This document shows, in pieces, positions 1-13,586 of a stretch of DNA of 64,000 bases. How positions within the stretch are numbered: position 1 is the first letter of the stretch; each line of letters begins with the position of its first letter. The stretch comes from Hypanus sabinus (taxonomy: Eukaryota): assembly GCF_030144855.1 (NCBI RefSeq), contig NC_082711.1, forward strand, positions 166,036,001 through 166,100,000. The letters run 5' to 3'. Below the pieces are notes generated by a model. That model saw only the letters and a program-made list of their open reading frames with translations. It was not told the DNA's origin and searched no databases. The translations under genes and the position numbers were made by a program.

Positions 1-275
1 CTTTTTAGGACCGAGATGAGGAAAAACTTCTTCACACAGAGAGTGGTGAATCTGTGGAATTCTCTGCCACAGGAAGCAGTTGAGGCTGGTTCATTGGCTA
101 TATTTAAGAAGAAGTTAGATATGGCCTTTGTGGCTAAAGGGATCGGGGGTATGGAGAGAAAGCAGGTACAGGGTTCTGAGTTGGATGATCAGCCATGATC
201 ATACTGAATGGCGGTGCAGGCTCGAGGGACCGAATGGCCTACTCCTGCACCTATTTTCTATGTTTCTATGTTTCT
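1..275 (+). mobile_element. CR1-clade (HER1-like) LINE, 3' end
   Basis: ORF2 C-terminus RKNFFTQRVVNLWNSLPQEAVEA, then the 3' tail gaatggcctactcctgcacctattttctatgtttctatgtttct; near-identical in reverse complement to 29988-30250. Confidence 0.9.
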
Positions 276-1402
276 AAAAGAACAATGAAAAGACCAATGT
301 ATTTATAAGCAAAGTCTTTCTTGATTAATACAAGAAACACATGCAAACAAGTATTTTCCACTAGAATAAGACGCTGAAGCCTATCAATGGTATTCTCACC
401 AAACTCTACATACTTCCTCTTCTGACAATTTTCTTAAGGCAGTGACTAAACAACAAATGAAAATTTCAAACCAAAAGTTATAGTCTTCTCCAGGAAACAC
501 TGCCATCCTGAAATACATACCTGCCTCTCAAAGTCCAACCCTACATCCAAATTGTGAGGTGGAAACGGGGAAGGCTGGCCAACAGGACTCTGGTGAAGCT
601 GTACAGGCCAATCCCCTGTACAGTGGATGCAATGGATTACAGAAACATTGATGAACTCCAACCTTGCCATCGAATTTGGACGATGAAGGTGGGAGGTCAT
701 CAATGGCCAATGTTCCACTGGGAGCTGAAGGCCCAAAAAGAAGAAACACATAACTATAATACTCCATAAATTATTCACTCATCTAGATCCCTTAAACTTT
801 TATTTCTATGCATAAAATGGAGGGAGGCTATTCACCCCAATGCAACCAGGCTAGTTTTTCTTCTTGCAGCCTGTTTATAAATTTCATGATGTTCACTACT
901 TCCATCCAATCCCCTATCATCAACTTCTTTTCCAAGATGGACAGCAATCTTCTCATCTCTGAAGTAAGCCCTTTTACTTCCTTCCTAGAACCTTCACATC
1001 ACTCCAACAGTGCACTGCCCAGAAAAGCACACAATATCCCGTTTGTGCTTGAACAAATGTTTTACAAAGGTTCATGACCACCTCACTACTATACTCTATA
1101 AAGCAAAGGATTGCATGTTTATTTTTAAATCACGTTCCCAATCTGGCCTACCACTTTCAACAAACTATGCACAAGTACTCCCACATTTCTCTGTACTTGC
1201 AGTCCTCATAGATTTTTTTATTCCTGTACTTTAAACTGTATTTCTTATACTTCCAAACAAAATAAAACACATCACAATTCTCAGCATTAAATTTCATCAG
1301 CATCAAACCATTCATCCCACCCGTTCATATCTCCTTACCATACAATTAACTGATTAAGAGACAAGTTCTTTTTTAAGGTGTTCATTAGCTTAGCTGCAGC
1401 CG

Positions 1403-1901
1403 ATACTGAATAGCCACTTCATCAGATACCTCCTGTACCTAATAAAGTGGCCACTGAGTGTATTTCCATGGTCTTCAGTTGCTGAAGCCCATCCACTCTA
1501 AATTCGACATGGTGTTCCCTCCCGCACACCACTGTTGTAAAGTGTGGTTATTTGAGTTACTGACAGCTTGAACCAGTCTGGCCATTCTCTTCTGACCTCT
1601 CTCATTAACAGGGTGTTTTCACCCACAGGAATGCCACTCACTTGATTTTTTTTGTTTTTGCACCATTCTCTGTAAACTCTAAAAGATCGTTGTGCATAAA
1701 AATCCCAGCAGTTTCTGAGATACTCGAACCATCCCGTCTAGCATCAACAATCATTTCAAAGTCACTGAGATGACATTTTATCCCCGTGACCATGTCTGCA
1801 TGCATTTATGCATTGAGATACTGCTACATGATTTGTTGATTAGATTTTTGCATTAACGAGCAGGTGCAGGGGTGTACCTAGTAAAGTGGCCACTGAGTGT
1901 A
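1403..1901. mobile_element. Non-autonomous Tc1-like DNA transposon (MITE)
   Basis: TIR-like motif gtaccta(a/g)taaagtggccactgagtgTA ends at 1462 and at 1901, with a degenerate inverted copy at 1403-1430; a further fragment lies at ~18800-18892. Confidence 0.7.
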
Positions 1902-2889
1902 AAACCACTTAATCTGAAGGTTCTTTTCCAAATTCATGAACAGCATGCACAATTCACTTTCTATCCTTTAAGGAGATGAGATCTTATTTTTAATTTCTTG
2001 TAATATTTTACCCAAATGGACAGATCAATCAAGCTGTATTAACTCATACTGCTGTACATAGGCTGCAGCACTTGTTGACATAACAGCAAAGTAGTTACTT
2101 CAAAACTGCATTTGTATTCTATTTTAAAATGTTAAGGCATTCCACAACACTAATTCAGTTGGGACGATGTTCAATAAAACCTTTAACTTATTGACTATTT
2201 TTGACACATCCACATAAGCTTCACAATAGTATGATGTATTTTCCAAATGAACCAAATAAAGACATTGACAATGAAATGGTAAACTTGCTGTATTGTACAT
2301 CATTGAATTACTTACCCCTAGCAAGAGGTATTGGTTCTGTTTATTTGGTCTGATAGGATGATACATTTACTGGTTCAAGGGAGGAGGGGGAAAAATATTT
2401 ACCCAGGATCGCACTACTAAAAGAAATGGATTTGTTTTCAGGTTGCTGTGTAATGTTGATGCTGCTGATATTCAGGAATAAAAATCAGAACTGTAATAGC
2501 AGTAAATTCCATTCAGACCATTGAGTCATACCAGTCCTTAATAGAGTGATCAGTCCTCTTCTGCTATATCCCAAGGCATACCTCTCAAATGCCTGTTCAG
2601 TTTCCTATCGAAAGCCCTGACTGATTATCTTTCCAGTAATTTGTGAACCCTCACTGTCTAGGAAAAGTTTTGTTTTTAATTATCCTAAAAAAACTAAACA
2701 AATGTAGTCACGAATCTCAGCTTCAATTGGGTCAGAAGATCCCACCAGAAGGATGAAAGTGATGTGTCTTGATGGTGGCAGCGGGGTAGGGGAGGGGGGA
2801 ATAACTGCCAGGAGAGTCAGCTTCTTGAAAGGGATCACCAATAGCCTGTCCTCGTCTAACCATGCCTTAGCTAAAGAAAGCACAATGGT

Positions 2890-3483
2890 TCCTCTGTTTC
2901 CTCAGAATGCTAAAGAAATTCAGTGTGTCCCCCTTGACCCTCACCGATCTTTATAGATGCAGCACAGAAAGTATCCTACCTGGATGTATCACGGCTTGGG
3001 AAGCAACTGCTCTACCCAAGACTGCAAGAAACTGCAGAGTTGTGGCCACAGCTCAGCACATCATGGAAACCGCCCTCACCTCCATACATTTCTTCCTGTC
3101 TTAGCAAAGCAGCCAACGTGACCAACAACCCCATCCAGCCTGAACATTCTTCTTCTCCCCTCCCATTGAACAGAAGATGTAAAAGCCTGAAACCACGTAC
3201 CACCAGGCTCAAGGACCACTTCTACCCCATAATTATGAGAAATTGGATGGTTCCCTAGTATGATCAGATGGACTCTTGACCTCACAATCTACTTCGTTAT
3301 TGCCCTGCACCTTATTGTCTATCTGCACTGCACTTTCTCTGTAAGTGTAACGCTTAAGTCTGCACTCTATTATTGTTTGCCCTTGGATTACCTCAAAGCA
3401 CTGCTGTAATGAAATGATCTGTATGGACGGCATGCAAAAAACAGTTCTTTTCACTGTACTTTGTACATGTCTCAATAACAAAC
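2890..3483 (+). mobile_element. Rex1/Babar-type non-LTR retrotransposon, 3' fragment
   Basis: LTDLYRCSTESILPGCITAW and HSSSPLPLNRRCKSLKPRTTRLKDHFYP resemble the Rex1-type RT C-terminal region. Confidence 0.75.
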
Positions 3484-3648
3484 CAATTTTCCAATACAGT
3501 AGTTAAACGATTGTGCCTTTTTTGTCTGTACAGGAAAATCTTTTTGTGATGAAATAACGTAAACACCACCACCAAGCTGCAACAGAAGGGCAACAACGGG
3601 TTATATTTAGTTACTGTCACGAATGATCAGCGTCCCTCAACCCCTTAC

Positions 3649-3837
3649 CTCACGGTTTATGCTAGAATGGTTGATATAATTCTCCGAGATGAGCTGATCG
3701 AAGACCAGATTAAGCTCGGTTTTGAAGTTCTCGTTGTCTGAAGCCCTGATGGTGAAGAGCTTGTTGCGGAAGCGGCTGAAATCACAGTCTGAGTGGGAAA
3801 TCGCCACCGATTCCCCTCGCCCCTGCTCGGCGGCCAT
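3649..3837 (-). CDS. HEATR6: HEAT repeat-containing protein 6, first coding exon (63 aa; the rest of the gene was not found and probably lies left of the window)
   Basis: MAAEQ...FKTELNLVFDQLISENY...INRE matches the recalled human HEATR6 N-terminus (TEIHLLFDQLISENY); Kozak gtcATGG; phase-0 donor GAG|GTAAGG at 3649/3648; CpG-rich. Confidence 0.88.
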
Positions 3838-3960
3838 GACTGTGCCGCACTGAGTCACTTCCTGCAACCGGGCCTCCTCTCCATGGTAACGGACGCACGC
3901 AGCCGGCAATTCCGTCCGGGTTAACTGGAGGTCGCGTCAAGTTTCTGTCACGGTGGAGAG
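3838..3960 (-). promoter_or_regulatory. HEATR6 CpG-island promoter / 5' UTR
   Basis: CpG-rich; TGAGTCA (3851), ETS-like CACTTCCTG, X-box-like ctctccatggtaac (3877-3890). Confidence 0.6.
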
Positions 3961-6900
3961 TTTCTCTTTAACTTCACCGAACCTTTCAATGTCTGTGAGA
4001 CTGAATAGGTTGCTCAAATGGGGAAAGAGAAAACTTAAGCAGGGTTCTGAATGACTGGCCGTTTGCACTCTACCAAAGACATTTTTATGATCGTGTATGT
4101 TTTTTTAAGACTGGCAATAGGGGAAAAGTAATTTTCTTAGGATGGAAGCCAGTATTGCTGATTTTTTTAAATATTTCACAGATAAACTTTACTCATAATA
4201 ATATACATAAAATAAAAACATGATACAACACATTCTTAGTGGCATATGGTCAAAAGATTCAATAGTGTTCATCCTTTATTTAAGAATTAGCACCGTTACT
4301 TCCCGGGGCAGTACACCCTCTCACCCGACTCAGCCGCTCCATGTGCAGTATCCCACTGCAGACCCAAAATTTCTTGAACTCGTCAAGAAACACCGGCTGC
4401 TGGTTGGAGAATGTACCTTCCTGGTAAGCATGCCAGGCCAGTATTGGTCAACTGGTCAATCAGGCCAGTATTTGCTGTATACTTGAACGGGAGACAATAA
4501 AAATGCTGATTCATAGGATGCCGGTGATAACAATTACAATTTTTAATTATTTCTTTTCTCATTATGGATTATTTTCTGCCCATTCAATTATTATATAAAA
4601 CAGCATTTGTTGTCCTAGATTATTGCAATTATTTTCTGGTTACAATATGTGAGCATAAATACTTTATATTCTGTTTGTTCATAATGGATACACATAATGA
4701 GTGAGTTTTACTTGCCGGGTGAAGTTGTGAATATTTCCACAGACTGCCAAATTTTTCCCCAGAAATTTACTTTGTTAATAATATACACCATACATGGGAC
4801 ATGCCTTTTTCTATATTATTTGTACCATCAATTCGACAGGAATTTGAATGTGAATAGGAACTTTGCAAGGTTTGTTGGGCCAATTAGCTTGTTCTTGTCA
4901 AAAAAAAACTTTATAATGTTCTAATACATTTTCTTACAATTTATTCATGCTGCCCATGTTCCATTAAACAATGCATTCAAGCAGCATTTGAGATGGAGAC
5001 AATGATTTTTAATGTTGTTTTTCAACATTAAAACATTTCGACAGTCACTGATATGCTGTGCCATGTTTATAAATGTGTCTAATGCAACCAGGGCACTACT
5101 ATTTTGAAGAAGGACTGGAACATTACAAGTGACATGGAACAGCTTTGACGTGAAAGGAGGTTAGAAAGAGAGGCCAGATCTTTTAAAGCTTTTCCTTTCT
5201 CAGCACTGCAAACCTCACAGTATTTGAAAGATTGGGAATTTTCCATTGCATCTTCATTTAAATTGCAAATTCACAGTCTTCTGATGAAATTGCTTTCAAT
5301 TTTCAGTTCTGACAAAGAAATGCAAACGACTGTTTCTATTAAAACGAATTGCTGATAGCCATGTATTCAAAAAATTTAAAAATACTAACTGGGAGCAGAC
5401 ATACACCATCTGGTCCTCTGAGCCTGCCCCTACATTTATTAAGATCATGGCTTTCTAGCATTTTGAGTCAGTTTTTATTAATTTATAATAATCACTGAAT
5501 TACATAAATGGATAGATTTTCATTTTGTTACTCCTGATTTCAATATTTTAACAGTGTCATAGGATCCACCTTTGCAAATTTGGAATCCGTGACTCACAGC
5601 TGACTCCTGAGATGGATTTGATTCCTGTAGCTATGCATTGTAGGTTATGGAAATAAATATTAATATTTCACATCACCATAATCACATGCAGTTTTGTTGA
5701 AAAGATGTGAAGATTATTGAGTTCAAACAGGTTAATATCTTTCTGGCATGGGTACCATGGTAACTAGAAGTGAGCCTCCATAACCTTTTGGGTTTTGTTG
5801 TATTATTTTGTGTAAAACAATATGCGAGCAACCTCTGACGGCAATGCCAATTCATCCACTGTGAAGGTAAACTACAAAGTAGAATGACCCAATATTGATC
5901 CTAATCTGTGCTCATGTAACTGACTGGACCAGCTTTTATTCCCCATTGTATATGAAGAATATGAATTGTGGGTATTGTGTGAGACCAGAATATATCTTGA
6001 CTGCAGCTCCCTTCACCATCCTGCTGATAGCTGTGTGATAATACTCATCATTTTTGAGAGCAATTTTTTTGTCTGAGATGCTAGGTGACCCATTCCTGCA
6101 CAGTAAGCCCAGGACAGATGAGGAAAATCATCAATTTTAAAACATGGCAGTTTTCTTTCTTCTCATTCCCCCTGGTGTTCTGCAAAGAGATCATACCAGG
6201 GGCATGATTCTCTTGGATTATCCACATCTTGTTGTATTTACACATGTTCAAATAGAAGCTCCATCTTCACATTTCTCATTGTGTTTTCCACAGGGATCAT
6301 GAAATGGGGTTGAGAAATCTAAGACATTATTTCCACTCCACTCAGCCTACCAATGCTTAAACTACAAATAGCATCTTGGCTTCTCATCACCTGAGAATGG
6401 TGATTCAATCAAGAATCAGAGGAATAAGTTGAAGGAAGCCTTGTTGAGTTATTGAAGAATGCCTTCCCAATCTTATTAACTACAGCCAGTATGATGAGAG
6501 AAGGGATATTTATCCAAGTCAGAGGAGTGCAATTAAATGAACTGAGTGGTGCAAAACATCTTGCAATTTTGTTGTAGTTTTTATTCATCCTATTTTAGGA
6601 GGCGAATTGCTCATTGCAGAATACTCATCCTCTTGGTGATCCACAGGACGTTGATTGAGGAGGATTGTTTGAAGATTCTATTAAAAAATCATGGGAAGAT
6701 GAATGGAAATTCTACTCTAAGTTATGCCCTCCAGTTTAAATATTAGCAGGCAAGTTACTTTCTTCAGGCATCTCCAATCATGACATAACTGGGCCATTGA
6801 TGGCAAAAAACTAAGGTGATCAAGTGGATGATGGTCACTTATAATGGTGGCCTGAAACTTCAGTAACTGAGTTCCAACAATCAAGGTGATCTTACTGCTT

Positions 6901-7426
6901 GTCAGGCCATTGTAGATCATGACTTCCATTGGTGTACTTTGCAAGGGTTGCTCAGTGCCATGTTCAAATATCAAGGACATCACCTCCTGCTGACGTCATG
7001 TCCACTGATGGATACACATGGGCAATGTAAGTGAATGATTGTGGCAGAACCACACCTATTACAAGTTGTAAACATGCCCATTTTTTTGCTGAATAATTGT
7101 GCAGAAATACAAGGTTGGCTGCATGGAATACTATATCTTTTTCAGCAGCATGGAATCAAAGATGACTTGTTTCCACTGGTGTCTATCCCATACTTTTTTT
7201 TTAGTGTGAAATAACCTATGCTCACCAAATACCTTATGGTCTTGATCCAAAGTCAAGGAAGTCCAAGACAGTTGGAGGGCTGACTCTGTACTCATGTCGA
7301 CTTGCTCTAACTAACCAGTCACACAGATGAATGACCTTACACACATGCTTTCACTCAGCTGCCCTCCTTAAGTCACCCCATCTCTGACCCCTTTTACTAA
7401 CTGCCTTTCTTGATCTCCAGCCTTCT

Positions 7427-7905
7427 CATAAACACAAGAGATTCAGAGATGTTGGAAGTCCAGGGAAATACACACAAAATTGCTGGAGGAGCTCAGCAGG
7501 TCAGGCAGCATCTAAACGGTGACTCTTTGGTCCGAGACCCTTCTTCAGGACTGGAGGAGAAGGGGGAAGATGCCATAATAAAAAAAAAGGTGGGTGGAGG
7601 GGAAGGGCAACCTGGAAGGTGGTAGGTGAAGCCAGGTGGGTAGGAAAAGAGCTGGAGAATAAAGAATCTGAGAGGAGAGGAGAGTGGACTATGGGAGAAA
7701 GGGAAGGAGAGGTACCAGGGGAGGTGATAGGCAGATGAGATGTAGTAAGCGGCTAGAGTGGAAAATGGAAGAGGGAAGCAGGAGGGGAAAAAAAAGCAAA
7801 ACAATTAAAAATTACCCAGGAGAAACCGATGTTCATGCCATCAGGTTGGAAGCTAACTGGACAGAGTACAAGTTGTTACTCCTCCACGCTGAGAGTGTCC
7901 TCATC
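7427..7905 (-). mobile_element. Penelope-like element-derived repeat
   Basis: Reverse-complement similarity to 11690-12170 (gatgctgcctgacctgctgagctcctccagc; degenerate hammerhead core at ~7515-7553). Confidence 0.75.
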
Positions 7906-9998
7906 ACCACAATACTCCCCCAATCTCCAGCTGACAGTAGTTTGCGCTGAGAGTGAAGCTACCCAACAAATACCATCAAGGGTCACTTCCCAATTCTCAG
8001 CAGCTGAGCCCAGAACCTCTCCTAGAAATGTACAGGATAATCTTCATCTTATGCTAGCATACAATAGACCCAACAATCACCCACATGGCACTAGGGTGTT
8101 AAGAGATCAAAGTGGTATACAGCTAAATATGTTTTTAAAGTGATGTATACATGTCAGCATATACTACTTTGATATTCATTTTGCCATCATATACAGGAAA
8201 ATAAAGAAATTCAATAAAGACTATTGCAAAGGCTTAGGTGGGAGTGGGGCTAGTTCCAGTGCACAGATTCTCTGCAGCAGAAATGTGCCCAACTGCCTTT
8301 GTTGTTACTCCAGACTATTTCCTTGATGTCACACAAAAAATCAATTATGTGGACTGCCATTTGGGATCACAGGGTCCTCGGGAAGGGAATTTTACTCCCC
8401 AACTTCATTATGGTTGATATAGTATATATTCTTGTTTCTCCTGACTCCCTTATCAATTTGCAGCTTTTACAGTAGATGAGATTTTTGAAATATTCAGGCA
8501 TTTTCAAAATAGCCTCATTGTTAAAATTGACCAAAGTTGTATTCTGCAATTGAAATTAAGATTTTCTCTAGTGCAGACTGCAACACATCAGTAATTCTCT
8601 CCAAGTATATCCTCTGCTAACTTACCCTTCTCCATCAGAAGGCAATTCCACATGAATAAACACAAGGAAGAGTGCATTCTGCTTTCCTCCCATGCATTAC
8701 CAACTCAAAGTTTATTCTCTTAATCAAAAAGATCACCAGAAAACTTAAGTTTTGGCTGAACATACATTATATGGCAAATAAAGTTTCATAAATATGTTCA
8801 AGATCTGTCAACGTATTGCATACTAGAACTCTTAAATAAAGGGGAATTCAGATGGAACAAATTAAAGCTCCTTGTCCTGTATCCCAGCAATGCATTTCTA
8901 TTTTATCTTCTGAATGTAACTTGGAACAATTTCTCAAGAAGTCTCATTCAAGATACTAGAGTACATCTCATGATTAACATTAAAAATGTCCCTTTTACCA
9001 TTCCTATAAAACCCTTTCTCCACAAGATGCAAGTGTGACAGGTAAAACTACCATTTAAAGAGCCAATCCGATAGATTAAAAAATGAGACTAGGGCTTACT
9101 TCATTTTACTGAACATTTATTGGTCTGTAATGATTTTCTTTATACAGATGGCTTTGAAATACACACGTTAAAATTTGAGAAAATATCTTAGATGAATTTA
9201 TGCATGGCGGGGTGAATCAGTAGCTAAGAGAGTTCCACAGGGTTTAAGTTTAAATCCATTACTCTCCCTGATCTACACAACATTGTTAATAGTAGAAATC
9301 AAACAACCTAGACAATATCAGAATACAGGTAAATTATGTTGTACAGCTTCTTTATGCAACTAATGTTATGGAAACTAAGCTCAACCATAGAGGCTTAATG
9401 CTCCTTGGAATATTGTTGCATTTGTTCAACCCATGAAAGACAAAGCAGAGGAATAAATATGCTTTGACAATACCTTCCATACCCTCTACAATGTTAGGAA
9501 CACTAATCTCCTCACTACTCTTCAAGACAAACAATCCCAACTTGGAAATTTCTTACTTTTAACGATGAATCTAATTTGTAACTACTTGAATACATATGAA
9601 AGTTACCTACCCAATGTCATTTCATCACTGGGGAAAAATAAGGGTGGACATTAAGTGGTAACGGTCACAAGTGATTGAAGACAACTGGGTGGGGGGGGGG
9701 GGGGAGACAAGCTGATTAATGCTCTGCCTTGCATACAATTACCTCTAGTCTAGAGCAAAGTAGCTGCAAAAAAAAAACAAAAAACAAACACCTTTTAAGG
9801 ACTGCAGTTGCCCCCAAAAGATAGTGTACAGTCCCTTTTAATAAGTGGGGGGGGGGGGAAGGGAAATCACACTAGCAAAATCTGAGTACGTACTCCAATA
9901 TAGCCACAATGGTCAAGAATGGAAATTGTTACATTGGATCAGAAGCTACAAAAGAGACGAGACAACTTCCATAACTGACAGAGGTCTGACACTTTCCA

Positions 9999-10004
9999 TT
10001 TATT
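9999..10004 (-). other. Candidate DYNLL2 polyadenylation signal (AATAAA); another at 9116-9121
   Basis: tttatt on the + strand ~1.1 kb after the DYNLL2 stop, within TE-free UTR-like sequence. Confidence 0.5.
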
Positions 10005-11096
10005 GGCAAATACATTAAATTAGCTTAGACACATGAACCAGGATTGAAGCTTTTTCATGCTTTAATCACAAGCTATGTACATACAAATACACATCAGGAG
10101 GGGAGGAGGGAAGTCAAAAATTTCTCATTTTAAATTTCTTAGATGTCACTTGGGAAGACTAAATCAATATAAGCACCTTGCATTTATTTTTAATTAGTTT
10201 GCTTATATCAAAGATCAGTTTGAAACCTTCTAATGAGCCAGGGTTGAGTAGGGGTGGGCAATAGATTATGAATGGACAAAACACACCACAAACAGTTTGG
10301 TGAAAATCTTCCTCAACATGCAAACAGAAAAGTTAGGATAATGTACAAATTGCCTAGTAGCTCCTGTACATTTTAGAGCAACTTTTGACTGTTGCAAACT
10401 TGACAGTGATCTTACAAGTTTTAAGGTTTCTCCACATTTGGCAGATTACAGCACAAGGAAAAACATGTTTGTTTCATCCTGTTTAAGGTGCAACCAAACC
10501 ATTCTCGACATTTCTGGCAGGCCAGCCATTTCATGTTTCTATGTAGCGGATTTCTTTTTAAATTAAAAAAACTTTACTTAGCCACAGAACAGGGGAGAAT
10601 CAAAACCCAATAATCTTTTGTAATCAAAAAACATTGCCAATACAATTCACTGCAATAGCTATCTCCTGCTATCACAAACAGCTTTTTAAAAAATGGCAAT
10701 AAGTATCTTACACCCAACATCTGCACTCTTCCATATAGTAAGAATTTGATGTGGGATGGGGTTAGTTTTGGTTGGGGGGGGGGGATGGGGTGTTGGGAAG
10801 GAGAAGGGAAGAAAAATGAAATGTATTTCTGAATGAAATTAAATTAAATGCTTCTATAGAAGTGTAATAATCCAGGTCTTCAGGTAGAACCATCCCAGGT
10901 TTTTTTCCTAAATATTCAAAGGCCACTGTTAACCATTTCAGTGCAATGAAAAGAAAGAAAAAGCCATTTTGGGCATTAAAGCAAGTTTACTGCTACATAT
11001 ACACAGAAGATAAAGTCCATGCAGCCGTTTAGCCATTAAAGGGACTGTGGCTCCAGCCGTCAGTGCTCAAGTTCATTTTTATTCCCCTTTCTCTTT

Positions 11097-11255
<159 letters not shown>

Positions 11256-11439
11256 TCATTAACCAACATAGTTTTTCTTCCCCTCCCCCCACCCCCACAT
11301 GCCCTGCTGCATAGCCAAACCCAGAACAAGATACAAATGATACAGTGGCAATTGCCGAAGGTTAAATTTTGGCAATTAATGACAAAATCCAGGATAGTGC
11401 AAGGGCATGTGTGTGTTGTCTTTTGCATATTAGTTGTTT

Positions 11440-12170
11440 GTCTTTGTGTGCGGTGCGACACTTCACCTGTCAATCGGCTGGTGTGGGATACTGCGTCCGG
11501 TGCTCCCGGTGTGGCCATTTATATATTGGTGAGACCCAACGCAGACTGGGAGACTGAACACCTACATTCGGTCCGCCAGAAAAAGCAGGATCTCCCAGTG
11601 GCCAGACATTTTAATTCCATGTTCCATTCCCATTCTGATATGTCTATCCATGGCCTCCTCTATTGTCAAAATGAATCCAAACTCAGGTTGGAGGAACAAC
11701 ACCTTATATACCGGCTGGGTAGCCTCCAACCTGATAGCATGAACATTGACTTCTAACTTCCATTAATGCCCCTCCTCCCCTTCTTACCCCATCTGACATA
11801 TTTAGTTGTTTGCCTGTTCTCCATCTCCCTCTGGTGCTCCTCCCCCCACTCCTTTCTTTCTCCTGAGGCCTCCCATCCCATGATCCTTTCCCTTCTCCAG
11901 CTCTGTATCACTTTCGCCAATCACCTTTCCAGCTCTTAGCTTCATCCCACCCCCTCTGGTCTTCTCCTATCATTTCGCATTTCCCCCTCCCCCACTACTT
12001 TCAAATCTCTTACTATCTTTTCTTTCGGTTAGTCCTGATGAAGGGTCTCGGCCTGAAACGTCGACAGCACTTCTCCCTATGGAGGCTGCCTGGCCTGCTG
12101 TGTTCCACCAGCATTTTGTGTCTGTTGTTGTTTGAATTTCCAGCATCTGCAGATTTTCTCATGTTTGTTT
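11440..12170 (+). mobile_element. Penelope-like retroelement 3' part (GIY-YIG endonuclease remnant + 3' UTR), antisense in DYNLL2 intron 2
   Basis: VGYCVRCSRCGHLYIGETQRRLGD, a frameshift, then EHLHSVR...PVARHFNS...EEQHLIYRLGSLQPDSMNIDF. Confidence 0.88.
12031..12065 (+). ncRNA. Minimal type I hammerhead ribozyme motif in the Penelope 3' UTR
   Basis: gtc-CTGATGA-agg(gtctcgg)cct-GAAA-CG-TC^gac: intact core, 3-bp stem II, stem I GTC/GAC, palindromic ACGT in place of helix III. Confidence 0.7.
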
Positions 12171-12449
12171 CATTGATTCTATTGTTTCCTTGTACTTACT
12201 GTAAATCCCTACAAGAAAATGAATCTCTGGATTGTATATGGTGACATAAAAGCACTTGAATAATTAATTTGCTTTGATGGCCCCAGAATTGCACATTTAA
12301 GTTAGTATGGGTTACAGTTGTTCACAGTACCCCTTAGTTTGAGTTGGAGCTGGAACAGTAATATGCAACAATAAGGATGGGTGGGAAGAGAAAGAAAGAG
12401 GTCAGCCTTGGCTGAATTATCCTCATGAAGAGATAGCCCAATATGTAGA

Positions 12450-12730
12450 CAGACAAGAGCAATAAACAATCTGCTGGAGGACCTCAGCAGATCAAGCCAC
12501 ATCTGTGAGATGAAAGGAACTGTTGACATTTCAGGCAGCATCTATGGAGGAGATCAAGCTCGAAAGATCCCTCCACCCCAGTTCCTCCAGCATGCTGCTC
12601 TGGGTTTCCTGCATCTGCAGTATCTTACATCGACATTTCAGGCGGAAACCCTGCAGCAGATGCTGTTCGGCCTGCAGAGTTCCTCCAGCAGATTGTTCTC
12701 TGAATATCCAGACTGCAGCGCCTGCAGTCT
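12450..12730. repeat. Cluster of short Penelope-derived fragments in alternating orientation
   Basis: ctgctggaggacctcagcag (-) followed by gagttcctccagca (+) copies. Confidence 0.6.
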
Positions 12731-13454
12731 ACTATGGCACCTAGACAGACAGTGGGCCAAGTTAGAGAGGGTGACTAAAGGGGTTACTGCCATGTTGTAT
12801 GAGCCCACAGCTCCAGAGATACCACAACTGTTACTGGCAAATAAGATGTCCCCCCCCCAACCCCTCTCCTCTCTTTCCTTTTGCAGGTATGGTATGTTAA
12901 AGCATTGGCTACTTAAAATTCTGGACATTTTTAGTCTGCTTCTGCCATCATGTATCACAACAAACTTCCGAGAAGTTGTAAATCCAAACAAGTGCGGCTG
13001 CATTCCTAGAGAGCATGCAAGCACTGTGCTTTCAACTATTTCTGCTGGCAACGGTTCTAGTTGTGAATCATTTGTACCTTGGTGCCAAAATTCACTTTGG
13101 ACCTTGAAAGTATTGCCTGATGCTGGACAGGGATGAAAAGGGCTGCAATTATTACAGTATTTACTAAGCATCTGCAAAAACTCAAGTTACATCACTGTAC
13201 ACTGGAACAAACCTGACCCACACTAATCTTTCTTCGAAGATTTCCTAGGGAATCTGACTTCAGTCTCCAACTGTTGAATGTAGGTGGTCCAAGGGGCACG
13301 GAGATAGGCGCAATGTAGCACCAGACGTCCAATCTATAGTGATCTCCGATGACATCTTAGTGAGAATTAACCCTATGGATAACGGTGGCCTTCCACACTT
13401 CGACCATTTGTAGCAGACCATGTACCGTTTAAACGGCACTTTAAGAGTATTTAC

Positions 13455-13586
13455 CTTTTTGATAAAGGCAGCGATGTCCTTTTCGATGTTGTACTTCTCC
13501 ATTGCCTGAGTTGCACAGTCCACCGCATCCTGCTGCATATCTTCAGACATGTCAGCATTTTTAATCACAGCTTTTCTATCGGACAT
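13455..13586 (-). CDS. DYNLL2: Dynein light chain LC8-type 2, first coding exon (aa 1-44; exon begins at 13591)
   Basis: [44 protein letters not shown] (S2, D16, A21, D23, M29 are DYNLL2-type); acceptor tag|gcacgATG; donor AAG|GTAAAT. Confidence 0.98.

Noticed and set aside
2124-2366. Candidate HEATR6 exon 2
   Set aside because: No match to the expected DVSALLVQACRLVP-type sequence; exon 2 is probably outside the window
6300-7050. Possible highly decayed retroelement or coding remnant
   Set aside because: No motif could be identified with confidence
7846-7870. LEANWT resembling the VEZF1 N-terminus (MEANWT)
   Set aside because: Antisense of a Penelope fragment; no VEZF1 exon or CpG island seen in the window
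12510-13177. 208-aa and 179-aa ORFs in DYNLL2 intron 2
   Set aside because: Partly made of Penelope-derived repeat; no recognisable domain; overlapping on opposite strands
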